Positions 31,660 to 42,050 of a DNA stretch of 61,849 nt are shown piece after piece. Source of the DNA: Acinetobacter sp. (GTDB taxonomy: Bacteria > Pseudomonadota > Gammaproteobacteria > Pseudomonadales > Moraxellaceae); the NCBI GenBank assembly GCA_008017315.1, contig SSHE01000001.1, positions 1 through 61,849 of the forward strand. The letters run 5' to 3'. Numbering within the stretch: the first letter of the stretch is position 1; each line of letters begins with the position of its first letter. Both the position numbers and the translations under genes were made by a program. The notes under the pieces were generated by a model. The model searched no databases. It worked only from the letters and a program-made list of their open reading frames with translations, and was not told where the DNA came from.

Positions 31660-32430
31660 ATGCGTGTATTGTATCAATTTCCTTTGTCACATTATTGTGA
31701 AAAGGCACGTTGGCTGCTCGACCATAAAGAATTGGATTATGTTGCAAAAAATTTGCTGCCTGGATTTCATCGTACCTTTACCTATTTGAAATCAGGGCAA
31801 TATTTATTACCCATGTTAAATGATGATAAAAATTGGGTGGCAGATTCTCGTCAGATTGCGCTGTATTTGGATGATATGTATCCTGAGCAGGCGTTATTAA
31901 GGCGAGATGAGACGTTGCGTCAAGACGCCTTGGCTATTGATGATTTAGCAGGTGAATTGGGTTTTCATGTGCGTCGTTGGACATTGGCATTGATGTTACA
32001 AAAAAATGATCGACCTTTAGACATTATGTTGGGTGAGCAGGGTTATTTGCGATTATTTTCAGTTTTTTCCAAGCCAATTGTACGCAAAATGGTGGTATTC
32101 AATTATCAACTTCATCCAGCTAAAGTGGCACAGTCCAAAGTTTGTATGGATGTGTTAATTGCACAACTCAATCGACGTTTAATAGAGCAGCAGGGTAATT
32201 ATTTGGTCGGTGATCGTTTGGGGTTGGCAGATATTGCCGTGTGTTCAATGCTTGCACCGATTTTGATGATAAAAGGAACACCGTGGGAGTTGGAGCATGA
32301 GGAGTTTGAACAACTCACAGATGAGTTGAAAGATTATTATTATGCGTTATTAGATTTGCCTTTGGGGCAGTATGTGAGGCGTATTTATCACCATGAACGT
32401 CATGCACGAGTGGACTGGCGAGGGGTGTAA
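31660..32430 (+). CDS. Glutathione S-transferase family protein
   Basis: SHYCEKARW, DS..I..YLD, YLVGDRLGLAD; GGAG RBS before ATG 31660. Confidence 0.9.
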   Translation: MRVLYQFPLSHYCEKARWLLDHKELDYVAKNLLPGFHRTFTYLKSGQYLLPMLNDDKNWVADSRQIALYLDDMYPEQALLRRDETLRQDALAIDDLAGELGFHVRRWTLALMLQKNDRPLDIMLGEQGYLRLFSVFSKPIVRKMVVFNYQLHPAKVAQSKVCMDVLIAQLNRRLIEQQGNYLVGDRLGLADIAVCSMLAPILMIKGTPWELEHEEFEQLTDELKDYYYALLDLPLGQYVRRIYHHERHARVDWRGV

Positions 32431-32468
32431 TCGCTACTTTAGGTTTAAAATAGCGATTCAAGAAGCAT

Positions 32469-33254
32469 TTATTTGAAGAAATAGCCTGTTTCTGGCGAAC
32501 TGGCATTTGCCATGCGTTTACGTGGCATACGACCTGCCAAAAAGGCTTCTCGACCTGCTTCCACCGCTTTTTTCATTGCACTTGCCATTAAAATGGGATG
32601 TTGTGCTGCGGCAATTGCAGTATTCATCAATACACCATCGCAACCGAGTTCCATAGCAATCGCTGCATCACTGGCAGTGCCCACACCTGCATCGACCAAA
32701 ACAGGGACTTTAGCATTCTCAATAATAATGGAAAGCGTATGCGGATTTAAAATCCCTAAACCTGAACCAATTAAACTGCCCAAAGGCATAATCGCTACAC
32801 AGCCCATAGACTCTAATTCTTGTGCCACAATCGGGTCATCTGATGTATAAACCATCACATCAAAACCATCATCAATCAAGGTTCGTGCGGCTTTTACCGT
32901 TTCGATGACGTTTGGATAAAGGGTTTCTTGATTGCCCAAGACTTCGAGTTTAACCAAATTGTGCCCATCGAGTAATTCACGTGCGAGCTGGCAAGTACGA
33001 ATGGCACTATCCGCATCAAAACAACCTGCGGTATTGGGGAGAATGGTATATTGTTCAGGTGAAATGACCGAAAGCAGATTGGGTTGATTGGGGTCTTGTC
33101 CGATATTAACCCGACGAATGGCGACGGTCACAATTTCCGCACCACTGGCGGCAATTGCTGCACCTGTTTCATTTAAGTCTTTATATTTACCTGTGCCGAC
33201 TAAAAGGCGAGAGCTAAATTCACGTTGTCCGATTTTGAAATTTGAGTCTTGCAT
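32469..33254 (-). CDS. thiG: Thiazole synthase
   Basis: GTGKY, LPNTAGC, KLEV, DAGVG. Confidence 0.98.
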   Translation of the reverse strand: MQDSNFKIGQREFSSRLLVGTGKYKDLNETGAAIAASGAEIVTVAIRRVNIGQDPNQPNLLSVISPEQYTILPNTAGCFDADSAIRTCQLARELLDGHNLVKLEVLGNQETLYPNVIETVKAARTLIDDGFDVMVYTSDDPIVAQELESMGCVAIMPLGSLIGSGLGILNPHTLSIIIENAKVPVLVDAGVGTASDAAIAMELGCDGVLMNTAIAAAQHPILMASAMKKAVEAGREAFLAGRMPRKRMANASSPETGYFFK

Positions 33255-33304
33255 GGTTTGACTTGAGAACCTCTATTGGGATGAAGATGATGGCGAACAG
33301 AATT

Positions 33305-33511
33305 TTAGCCACCACCGACCGCATGGATAATTTCGATACGGTCATTGGGTTGAATAGGCATTTCGGTCAAGCGACTTTTGGGAATAATCTGTTGATTGAC
33401 TTCGACTGCAAAGCGTTTACCGATTAAATCAAGTTGCTGCACCAAATCCCATAAGGTTTGGCAAGAGGTGATGAGTTGTTCACCGTTTAAATAAATGGTC
33501 ATCTGTAGCAT
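33305..33511 (-). CDS. thiS: Sulfur carrier protein ThiS
   Basis: Ubiquitin-like, C-terminal VGGG, upstream of thiG. Confidence 0.95.
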   Translation of the reverse strand: MLQMTIYLNGEQLITSCQTLWDLVQQLDLIGKRFAVEVNQQIIPKSRLTEMPIQPNDRIEIIHAVGGG

Positions 33512-33520
33512 TTGTATTAC

Positions 33521-33883
33521 CTAAGCATATTTAAACGCCTGCCAAGCCAAAGCGAGCCAGCCTAAAATCATCAATACACCACCTATGGGGGTGATTGCTC
33601 CGAGTATTTTTGGGGAACCTAATGCCATGAGATATAAAGAACCACAAAATAAAATAATGCCGCATTGTAACAGCCCAAAAGGGACTTTAATGGAAAATTG
33701 CGATAGGGTTTTGGCTAAAATCCCCAGTAATAATAAACCAAGTGCATGATAGAAAAAATAATCAGTTGCGGTTTGCCACCATGCGAGTTGTTCGGGAGAG
33801 GCAATTTTTTTTAGACCATGAGCACCAAATGCACCCAACATTACCGCAAGAGCGAGATTAATCGCAGCAATTCCAATCCACAT
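33521..33883 (-). CDS. DUF423 (YgdD/TMEM256) membrane protein
   Basis: GAFGAHGL, FCGSLY, TPIGG. Confidence 0.92.
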   Translation of the reverse strand: MWIGIAAINLALAVMLGAFGAHGLKKIASPEQLAWWQTATDYFFYHALGLLLLGILAKTLSQFSIKVPFGLLQCGIILFCGSLYLMALGSPKILGAITPIGGVLMILGWLALAWQAFKYA

Positions 33884-34031
33884 GGGCGAATCCTAATGTA
33901 AGCGTGTACTTAAAAAGAGGGTCATTTTTTCATAATGAATGCTTTTATGCAAACCCGTTTGATTTGATTTTTGGCTGCTACCAATCTGATGCAAGGCAAT
34001 ATGCCTCCACCAAATTTACATGCGTACAATA

Positions 34032-34066
34032 TAAAAAACCTGCTCAAATGTTCTGAACAGGTTTTT
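34032..34066 (-). terminator. Terminator downstream of lon
   Basis: AAAAACCTG-CTCA...TGAA-CAGGTTTTT. Confidence 0.7.
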
Positions 34067-34080
34067 GGGGATTTTGACAT

Positions 34081-36498
34081 TTAATGTCGTGCAATTTGAC
34101 CGTCTTCAATTGCCTTGACGATGGGTATTTTGACAACAGATTTTGGCATTTCAACCAAAGCTAATGGCAAAATGTCATCAATGGTTTTTACGGCTTTGAT
34201 GTCCAGACCTTCTTTTACATTGTCTGGAACTTCTTTTAAATCACGGACATTATCTTGAGGGATAAAGACCGTTTGAATGCCACCACGATGTGCTGCCAAT
34301 AATTTCTCTTTTAAACCGCCAATGCGTAAAGCATGTCCACGCAAAGAGGTTTCACCTGTCATGGCAATATCTGCACGAATCGGAATCCCTGTAAAGGCGG
34401 ATACAAGGGCAGTCGTTAATGCTAAACCTGCCGATGGCCCATCTTTAGGCGTTGCACCTTCGGGTAGATGCACATGTACATCGGTTTCCTCGAAACGAGT
34501 AGCTTCAATACCCAAATCATCCGCACGAGTACGCAAGACAGTCATGGCTGCGGTGATGGATTCCTTCATCACATCACCAAGTGAACCAGTGGTGATAAAT
34601 TTGCCTTTACCTTTCATAGTGGCAACTTCGATGGTGAGTAATTCCCCCCCAACGGAAGTCCATGCGAGTCCATTGACTCGTCCGACTTGTGCTTCGGTTT
34701 CGGCAATACCATAGTCAAACTTATGCACACCTAGATATTCAGGTAGATTGTCCTGTGTGACTTCGATTTGCAGATTTTTGGTTTTATGACCAACGGCTTG
34801 TTTTACTACTTTACGGGCAATCTTTGATACTTCACGTTGCAGATTGCGTACACCTGCCTCACGTGTATAGTGTCGTACGATGTCACGAATTGCTGCTTCG
34901 TGTACACTGAGTTCTTTGGCACGCAAACCATTGTCCTTCACGGCTTTTGGAACAAGATAGCGTTCGGCAATGTTTACTTTTTCATCTTCGGTATAACCTG
35001 GCAAACGAATCACTTCCATCCGATCAAGTAGTGCTTCAGGAATATTCATACTATTGGCAGTACAGATAAACATCACTTCTGATAAGTCTAAATCCAAATC
35101 CAAATAATGGTCGTTGAATTTATTATTTTGTGATGGATCAAGTACTTCAAGCAAGGCTGATGCTGGATCACCACGGTAATCTTGTGCCATTTTGTCAATT
35201 TCATCTAGCAAGAAGAGCGGGTTTTTGACCCCAACCTTACTCAGAGATTGTACAATTTTACCAGGCATCGCACCAATATAGGTACGGCGATGTCCTCGAA
35301 TTTCAGCTTCGTCACGTACGCCACCTAGTGCCATGCGGACAAATTCACGCCCTGTGGCCTTGGCAACCGATTCACCTAGTGAAGTTTTACCAACACCTGG
35401 AGGCCCAACCAGACAGAGGATAGGCCCTTTTAATTTTTTGACACGAGCTTGTACCGCAAGATATTCAACGATACGTTCTTTGACTTCGTCCAATCCATAA
35501 TGGTCTGTGTCGAGGATTTCCTGTGCTTTATTGAGGTTGATGCTGACTTTGCTGGCAGTATTCCACGGTGTATCTAAGATCACTTCGATATAGTTACGTA
35601 CCACAGCGGCTTCGCTAGATGCAGATGGCATAGCTTTGAGTTTGCGGAATTCAGTTTCGGCTTTTTTACGTACATGTTCTGGTAAATCCGCTTCTTCCAA
35701 ACGTTTGGCTATCTCGGCTAAATCATCCTCACCATTGTCATTCATATCGGAAAGCTCACGCTGAATGACTTTCATTTTTTCATTTAAAAAGTATTCACGT
35801 TGATTTTTTTCCATTTGACGTTTGGTGCTTTCATGCAAATTTTGCTCAAGCTGTTGTTCTTCTGATTGTTGCAACAAATAAGTCATTAATTCCTGCAAAT
35901 GTTGCTCAAAAGCATCCAGTTCAAGGAATTTTTGTTTGATGTCAATATTGAGAGGTATGCGTGTTGCGACAAAGAATAACAGTTGATTGAGATTTTCAAT
36001 TTTACTTGCCGCAGCAATGAGTTCACGTGCATTGCGTAATTTTGCCTCGGCATATTGTGCAAACAAGGCTTGCAATTCTTGTACTCGTGCTTGCTGTGTT
36101 TCCGCATCAAGCTGGACATTCATCGGGCTAAGCTGATGTTCGGCCGACAAGTAATCTGGATGTTCGATAATGTGTTGCAGTTTTGAGCGGTATAATCCTT
36201 CAATCAGCACTTTAATACAATTATCATCATTTTCATGATTCACGACCTGTACGATACGTGCCACCGTACCGTATTGGTACAGATTGTGATGATCGATATC
36301 TTCGGTAAGTGAATCTTTTTGTGCGACAACAAAAACCAGATTATCCTGATTGCGTGCGACTTCGACGGCTTGAATGGATTTTTCACGACCCACAAACAGG
36401 GCAATCTGCATGTGTGGATAAACCACCACATCACGTAGTGCCAATAAAGGTAAAGTAGAGGGGATGTGTTCGCCCTCGTTTGTTGTTAATTGAGTCAT
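34081..36498 (-). CDS. lon: ATP-dependent Lon protease
   Basis: GPPGVGKTS, LDEIDK, PKDGPSAG, GGLKEK; AAGGAG RBS before ATG 36498. Confidence 0.99.
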   Translation of the reverse strand: MTQLTTNEGEHIPSTLPLLALRDVVVYPHMQIALFVGREKSIQAVEVARNQDNLVFVVAQKDSLTEDIDHHNLYQYGTVARIVQVVNHENDDNCIKVLIEGLYRSKLQHIIEHPDYLSAEHQLSPMNVQLDAETQQARVQELQALFAQYAEAKLRNARELIAAASKIENLNQLLFFVATRIPLNIDIKQKFLELDAFEQHLQELMTYLLQQSEEQQLEQNLHESTKRQMEKNQREYFLNEKMKVIQRELSDMNDNGEDDLAEIAKRLEEADLPEHVRKKAETEFRKLKAMPSASSEAAVVRNYIEVILDTPWNTASKVSINLNKAQEILDTDHYGLDEVKERIVEYLAVQARVKKLKGPILCLVGPPGVGKTSLGESVAKATGREFVRMALGGVRDEAEIRGHRRTYIGAMPGKIVQSLSKVGVKNPLFLLDEIDKMAQDYRGDPASALLEVLDPSQNNKFNDHYLDLDLDLSEVMFICTANSMNIPEALLDRMEVIRLPGYTEDEKVNIAERYLVPKAVKDNGLRAKELSVHEAAIRDIVRHYTREAGVRNLQREVSKIARKVVKQAVGHKTKNLQIEVTQDNLPEYLGVHKFDYGIAETEAQVGRVNGLAWTSVGGELLTIEVATMKGKGKFITTGSLGDVMKESITAAMTVLRTRADDLGIEATRFEETDVHVHLPEGATPKDGPSAGLALTTALVSAFTGIPIRADIAMTGETSLRGHALRIGGLKEKLLAAHRGGIQTVFIPQDNVRDLKEVPDNVKEGLDIKAVKTIDDILPLALVEMPKSVVKIPIVKAIEDGQIARH

Positions 36499-36643
36499 GG
36501 ACACTCCTTAGGTCAGAGTGACAAGTGATTTTGTCATGTTTTTATTAGTGATGGATTTATTTCAAAATACAAGGGCAGTATGAAAAAAATATCGTATTTT
36601 AGTCAAGATGTGTGCATGTATGTTGAAAAAATAATCTATGTGA

Positions 36644-37672
36644 TTATTCTTTGGTTTCCCAAACGAGTTGGGCGAGATGTTCAGGTTCAATACGTTCAAT
36701 TTTTTGCCCAAAGCCACGTAGCCACCACACCAGTTGTGAGTTAAGGGGTACGGTTGCACTGATCTGCACACGTTCATCATCTAGTGGGATGATGTTCTGG
36801 TTTTTGGCAAGTTTGGATTCAAAAAATGTAGTGGCATGTTGATTGTGCATGGTGAGTGTTAATTCAACATCCGTGGTTGGGCTGTTTAAATCAATTCTAA
36901 AACCTAATACTCCTGAATCTATAAAATGGTCAATATCAAAATCAACAGGATGTAAAGCACGTTGCTCCAAAACCGTAGCAGATTTAAAACGATGTAAGGC
37001 AAAAGTTTGAATCTCGCTTTTATCCAGACGAGTACATACTAGATAAATAATTGCACCACGCTGTACCAGTGCTAAGGGATTGAGGGTATAGGTTGTATCT
37101 TCTTTTTGCTTGGAGCGACTGCTATACACACATTCCAATTGTTTGTCTTGTAGCAATGCTTCGTAAATGGCAGTTTGTGCCTTACGTTCAATAATGGGCG
37201 GAATCAGCGGTTGTGTTGCAGGAATAATACGTACACGATTAATCCATTGGCGAACATTATTTTGTTGTGTCGTGAGGCTACGTCGTGCCAAATCAAACCA
37301 TGGATTAATTTCGGTCAATAAACTGGGCGGTAACAGATGTTTGAGGTGCTCTTCAACCATCATAAAGGTAATGGCTTGTGAGCTATTCATGTGCGGTAAA
37401 CTTTGTAATGGTGCATCACTTTTCCAACGCCATCCTTGAGGTGTTGCACCATTACTTTCAATGGGAAAACGTTCGGCGATTTGATTGAGGTCACGTTGCA
37501 CTGTACGTAGGCTAATGACAATGCCTTCACGTGCAAGTTGTTCCTGCAAATCTCGAGTGCCAATCCATTTACCATTGGGCAGGCGAGATAGAATCTGCCA
37601 TTGGCGATTGAGGCTATTGCCCGTTTCCTTTTCGTGACTGGTTTCTTTATTTTTTTTGTTGCTCAGTGCCAT
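36644..37672 (-). CDS. HTH-WYL-WCX transcriptional regulator
   Basis: Winged HTH (SLRTVQRDL), WYL-like IYLVC...TFALHRF, WCX (WWLRGFG...IEP..L); start moved to MALSNK. Confidence 0.9.
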   Translation of the reverse strand: MALSNKKNKETSHEKETGNSLNRQWQILSRLPNGKWIGTRDLQEQLAREGIVISLRTVQRDLNQIAERFPIESNGATPQGWRWKSDAPLQSLPHMNSSQAITFMMVEEHLKHLLPPSLLTEINPWFDLARRSLTTQQNNVRQWINRVRIIPATQPLIPPIIERKAQTAIYEALLQDKQLECVYSSRSKQKEDTTYTLNPLALVQRGAIIYLVCTRLDKSEIQTFALHRFKSATVLEQRALHPVDFDIDHFIDSGVLGFRIDLNSPTTDVELTLTMHNQHATTFFESKLAKNQNIIPLDDERVQISATVPLNSQLVWWLRGFGQKIERIEPEHLAQLVWETKE

Positions 37673-37755
37673 GATGATCGATTCATTAAACAGGAAATGG
37701 TAAGTTTGCCCAATTTCTACACAGATTGTCAATTCTGTTATGCGGTTTGATAGCA

Positions 37756-37771
37756 TGGCATTTATTTTGCA
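37756..37771 (+). promoter_or_regulatory. Sigma-54 (-24/-12) promoter of the Anbu operon
   Basis: TGGCATTTATTTTGCA, GG-N10-GC, 43 bp before the ATG at 37815. Confidence 0.75.
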
Positions 37772-37814
37772 TATTTCTATTCGAACAGATGAAGGACTGT
37801 ATAGAGAGGGCAAT

Positions 37815-39311
37815 ATGTTTAGTACGATTGACAATATGACCGATACATTTACGCCCATGAGCGATACACAACATGTGTCAATCTCGCCATTTTTTAATGA
37901 GATGCGTGATCGTCATGGGGCGATTCGTGAAGAGTTTATTCAAGCCCATCAATGGTTGTCATCGAAGTCTTTAGCTGAAATTGAACAACTGAATCACCAA
38001 GCAAAGCAACATTTTATATATGAGGGCATTACTTTTACTGTTTATAATGATATCGCTGGTACAGAGCGTACGATTCCGTTTGATATTGTACCGAGAATGA
38101 TTGAAAAAAAACAATGGGATGTTGTATCAGCTGGCTGTAAGCAACGTGTGAAAGCACTCAATGCCTTTTTACATGATATTTATCATGGTCAATGTATTTT
38201 AAAAGATCATATTATGCCTGCCGAGCAGGTTCTACAGCATGAAGCCTATCAACCATGGATGCTTGATTTTGATGTTAAGGGCAATATTTATTCACATATT
38301 AGTGGTGTGGATATCGTTCGTGATGGTACTGGTGATTTTTTTGTGCTGGAGGACAATCTGCGTACACCATCAGGCGTGTCTTACATGCTGGAAAGCCGTA
38401 AGATTAGCCAAAACTTGATGCCTGATTTGTGTGAACAGTACAATATTTTGGAGGTTGGGCATTATCCGCAATTGTTAAAACAAACCCTAATAGAAAGCAC
38501 CGATGTGGATAACCCCACGATTGTGGTACTCACACCAGGGCATTATAACAGTGCTTATTTTGAACATGCGTTTTTGGCACGTGAAATGGATGTGCCTCTT
38601 GTGAGTGCACAGGATTTATTTGTCGAGCATGGAAAAGTTTACCTAAAATCAATACAGGGGCGTAAACAGGTTGATGTGATTTATCGTCGTCTGGATGATG
38701 ATTTTCTTGATCCTCTGGCATTTCGTCCTGATAGTGCACTTGGGGTATCGGGATTGATGTCGGCTTATCGTAATCGTGGTGTGGTCATTGCCAATGCTCC
38801 AGGTACTGGAGTTGCGGATGATAAATCTATTTATCCTTATGTGGATGACATGATTCGCTATTATCTGAATGAACAGCCTATTTTAAAAAATGTGCCGACT
38901 TATCAATGTCGTAAAGCTGAAGATTTGGATTATGTACTCAATAATATTGAAAAATTAGTGGTCAAGGAAGCTCAAGGTTCTGGTGGCTATGGTATGTTGA
39001 TTGGGCCACAGGCAACACAGGAACAGATTGAGGACTTTAGACAAAAGCTGCAATTTAGACCACATTTATACATTGCACAGCCGACATTGGCATTATCTGT
39101 GACACCAATTTTAACTCAGCAGGGTTTTGCCGACAGGCATATAGATTTGCGTCCGTTTGTTCTAAGTTCACAACATGAAATTCGTGTTATCCCTGGTGGG
39201 CTCACTCGAGTGGCAATGCAACAAGGCTCTTTGGTGGTAAATTCATCGCAAGGCGGTGGTATCAAAGATACATGGGTGGTCGATAGTCATGCAATAAAAA
39301 GCAGAGTATAG
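37815..39311 (+). CDS. Circularly permuted type 2 ATP-grasp protein
   Basis: IPFDIVPR, LEDNLRTPSGVSY, IYRRLDDDFLDP, GSGGYG, HIDLRPF, NSSQGGGIKDTW. Confidence 0.95.
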   Translation: MFSTIDNMTDTFTPMSDTQHVSISPFFNEMRDRHGAIREEFIQAHQWLSSKSLAEIEQLNHQAKQHFIYEGITFTVYNDIAGTERTIPFDIVPRMIEKKQWDVVSAGCKQRVKALNAFLHDIYHGQCILKDHIMPAEQVLQHEAYQPWMLDFDVKGNIYSHISGVDIVRDGTGDFFVLEDNLRTPSGVSYMLESRKISQNLMPDLCEQYNILEVGHYPQLLKQTLIESTDVDNPTIVVLTPGHYNSAYFEHAFLAREMDVPLVSAQDLFVEHGKVYLKSIQGRKQVDVIYRRLDDDFLDPLAFRPDSALGVSGLMSAYRNRGVVIANAPGTGVADDKSIYPYVDDMIRYYLNEQPILKNVPTYQCRKAEDLDYVLNNIEKLVVKEAQGSGGYGMLIGPQATQEQIEDFRQKLQFRPHLYIAQPTLALSVTPILTQQGFADRHIDLRPFVLSSQHEIRVIPGGLTRVAMQQGSLVVNSSQGGGIKDTWVVDSHAIKSRV

Positions 39312-39321
39312 GAGTAAGGCA

Positions 39322-39924
39322 ATGATTTTACTTAATTCAGCAGCACAGCATATTTTTTGGTTAGGTCGCTATTTATCTCGGATTCAACAAATCTGTCAGG
39401 TCTTGCCTTTTCAGGACGATAAAGCGGCAGTAGCGTATGCACATCATTTTTGTTTGCCTGCATGGAATGCCAGTAGTTTAAATACCTTGTTCTTAGACCC
39501 AGAACAACCTTTTTCAATTGCCGCACAGTTCAAATTGGTACAAGATAATATTCAACAGCTTCGTGCGGTGCTTTCGCCACATGCGTATGCACAACTGAAT
39601 CAATTCATTAAAGTCGTAGAAATGAAATCATTGTCGATTTGTGCGGTGGTGCATGACTGCTCTGAAATTTTGGAAGGTGAAGTTGAACAGGTTTTTTTAT
39701 TTTATGCCTTAGGACGTGTCATAGAAGAACTGGATTATCAATGTCGTTTGAATGAACCATTGGATGCGACTTTACAGGAAATTGAGCACATTTTAGCGTT
39801 ACTGGATGGTTATTGTTGGTCGATGAAAATGGATAGCTTACAACAACTTGCTACGGTACGGGATATGACGGCACTGTATCATTTTAGTTATGAATTGATC
39901 ACAATGTTTGAGGTATGTGAATGA
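39322..39924 (+). CDS. Alpha-E domain protein (short form)
   Basis: IFWLGRYLSR N-terminal motif; canonical position in the operon. Confidence 0.8.
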   Translation: MILLNSAAQHIFWLGRYLSRIQQICQVLPFQDDKAAVAYAHHFCLPAWNASSLNTLFLDPEQPFSIAAQFKLVQDNIQQLRAVLSPHAYAQLNQFIKVVEMKSLSICAVVHDCSEILEGEVEQVFLFYALGRVIEELDYQCRLNEPLDATLQEIEHILALLDGYCWSMKMDSLQQLATVRDMTALYHFSYELITMFEVCE

Positions 39925-40697
39925 AACTATTGATTAATCATCAAACCTTTTATTGTTATGAGCAAGCTGTCAAAAACTCCATGCAATATATTCGTTTGTT
40001 ACCGCAAAATTTAAGCCGACAAAAAGTTCTGCACTGGGGTATCAGTGTGCCAGGGGAAAAATTGCAGCAGCTGGATGGTTTTGGAAATTTATGGCTGACC
40101 AGCTCACAACGATTTAGCTACCAAAAATTGATGATTATGGCACAAGGCATGGTTGAACTTGATGAACATGCCGCTTACACCGTGGATAATCGGATTCATC
40201 CTGAAATTTATTTACAAGCGACCAAGGCAAGCCTATGTAGTCCAGAAATGATGCAATTTGCCCATATGTATGCAGATAGGCATTTTGAGCACTTGATGGA
40301 TTTGGCACAGGCAGTGCTGGAACATATTCCTTATCATGCAGGGCATACGCATGTGGAAACCACGGCAGCAGAAGCTTTTGAACAGCGTAAAGGCGTGTGT
40401 CAGGATCATGCACAGGTTTTTGTGGCGTTGGCTCGTTATCTTGGCTTTCCTGCTCGTTATGTTTCAGGTTATCTTTATGTGGAAGCTGGCAATCACTTGG
40501 CAAGCCATGCTTGGGCAGAAGTCTATCATGAAGAGAAATGGCATTGTTTCGATGTGAGTAATCAGCTTTTTAGTCCAAACGTGCATGTACAGCTTGCTGT
40601 TGGACGAGATTATGCCGATGTTGCCCCAATTCGTGGTATAAGACAGCAAGGTGAAGGTGAAACTATGACCACGATTGTACAAGTCTTGGCATGTTAA
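39921..40697 (+). CDS. Transglutaminase-family protein
   Basis: GVCQDHA, ARYVSGY, SHAWAEV, FD triad; GRDYADVAP. Confidence 0.95.
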   Translation: MKLLINHQTFYCYEQAVKNSMQYIRLLPQNLSRQKVLHWGISVPGEKLQQLDGFGNLWLTSSQRFSYQKLMIMAQGMVELDEHAAYTVDNRIHPEIYLQATKASLCSPEMMQFAHMYADRHFEHLMDLAQAVLEHIPYHAGHTHVETTAAEAFEQRKGVCQDHAQVFVALARYLGFPARYVSGYLYVEAGNHLASHAWAEVYHEEKWHCFDVSNQLFSPNVHVQLAVGRDYADVAPIRGIRQQGEGETMTTIVQVLAC

Positions 40698-40707
40698 AGA
40701 GGATGTT

Positions 40708-41442
40708 ATGACCTATTGTGTTGCTTTACGTTTAAAAGAAGGATTGGTATTGATTAGCGATACTAGAACCAATGCTGGCGTGGATCATATCTCATCATTT
40801 CGCAAACTATTTAGTTTTGGTGTTGAGCATGAACGAGTGATGGTGGTGCAAACCGCAGGAAATCTTGCGACAACACAGGCTGTGATTGCACAGCTTAGGC
40901 ATCAAATCGAAAGCAAAGCCGAACTGAACTTGCATACTGTGAAAACCATGTTTGAAGCTGCAGAGCTGGTTGGACAATGTTTGCGTAAGATCATTAAGCA
41001 TGTTGCAGAAAGCCCAGAACAGGAGAGTCTTTATGGATGTAGCCTATTGTTAGGTGGGCAAATCACAGGGCAGGAAATGGAGTTATATAATATTTATCCA
41101 CAAGGTAATTTTATTCAAGCCACCGTAGAAACACCCTACTTTCAAATTGGTGAAATAAAATATGGTAAACCCATTATGGATAGAGCACTAAAATTTGATA
41201 CACCTTTAAATCAAGCATTACGTTGCTCATTGATTTCTTTTGATTCGACCATTCGTTCTAATGTATCCGTAGGAATGCCTTTGGATGTGATGGTATATCA
41301 TGCAGATAGCCTCATATTACCAAAGGGTAAACGTGTTCTTGATGATGATGATTATTTTCAGACGATTAGTCGGCAATGGTCAGATACCTTAAAAAAAGGT
41401 TTACAGGACTTACCAGAACCGACACAAGATTATTTTCATTAA
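40708..41442 (+). CDS. anbu: Anbu, proteasome-beta-like Ntn hydrolase
   Basis: M-TYCV (N-terminal Thr), SDTRTNAGVD, GNLATTQ, QIGE.KYGKP, SNVSVG. Confidence 0.93.
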   Translation: MTYCVALRLKEGLVLISDTRTNAGVDHISSFRKLFSFGVEHERVMVVQTAGNLATTQAVIAQLRHQIESKAELNLHTVKTMFEAAELVGQCLRKIIKHVAESPEQESLYGCSLLLGGQITGQEMELYNIYPQGNFIQATVETPYFQIGEIKYGKPIMDRALKFDTPLNQALRCSLISFDSTIRSNVSVGMPLDVMVYHADSLILPKGKRVLDDDDYFQTISRQWSDTLKKGLQDLPEPTQDYFH

Positions 41443-41501
41443 ACCTCAAAGCACCTTTGGTCAGATAGGTCTGAACTGAAGTGCTTTGAGTGAAGCGGTA
41501 T

Positions 41502-41963
41502 TTATGCTTGTATTTGGTGTGTTGCAGCAGGATTGCGACGTACCCATTTGCTTGAAATTTTAGCAAGATACGCATCCATACACCATGCAGGCCCAACCAA
41601 AAGGAATTGTAAATCTTTAAAGAAAGACGGTTTTTTGCCTTCGACCTTATGTCCGTAGAATTGTCCGATCCATGCAATGACGAATACAGCAAAGTAGAAA
41701 CCCATGCCAACAGGTAGGATGTGTATCAGTGCCGCCATAGTAGCAATCAGTGCCGCCATGGCTACAGAGAGTACCAAATCCATCCGTGCGTAGAACACGA
41801 GTGTTAAAACCAGTAGTAAAGCAGTGAGTAGGGCGTTAAAGTGCATTAATATCCCAATAATGCTAAAAAGAATTGCAGGCACACACACCCAGTGAATCAA
41901 TTTATTGGTAGGGTTGAGGTGACTTTCATTATATTCACCAAACCATTCTTGTGCAGATTTCAT
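41502..41963 (-). CDS. DUF962/Mpo1-like membrane protein
   Basis: SH.NPTN..IH..CVP, QFYGH..EGKKPSF. Confidence 0.88.
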   Translation of the reverse strand: MKSAQEWFGEYNESHLNPTNKLIHWVCVPAILFSIIGILMHFNALLTALLLVLTLVFYARMDLVLSVAMAALIATMAALIHILPVGMGFYFAVFVIAWIGQFYGHKVEGKKPSFFKDLQFLLVGPAWCMDAYLAKISSKWVRRNPAATHQIQA

Positions 41964-42050
41964 CCTTAAGCTCCAGATGATATTCTTTTAACTACGCTGT
42001 TTAATGTACTATATTTCGATAAAATTGACTATTTTTTTTATTGGTTATAC

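Noticed and set aside
36548-36575. Sigma-32 promoter for lon (CTTGTA...ATCCAT)
   Set aside because: Biologically plausible, but the match and spacing are too poor to call.
37673-37858. Overlapping N-terminal extensions of the WYL and ATP-grasp ORFs
   Set aside because: They run through the divergent promoter region; the downstream ATGs (37672 and 37815) fit better.
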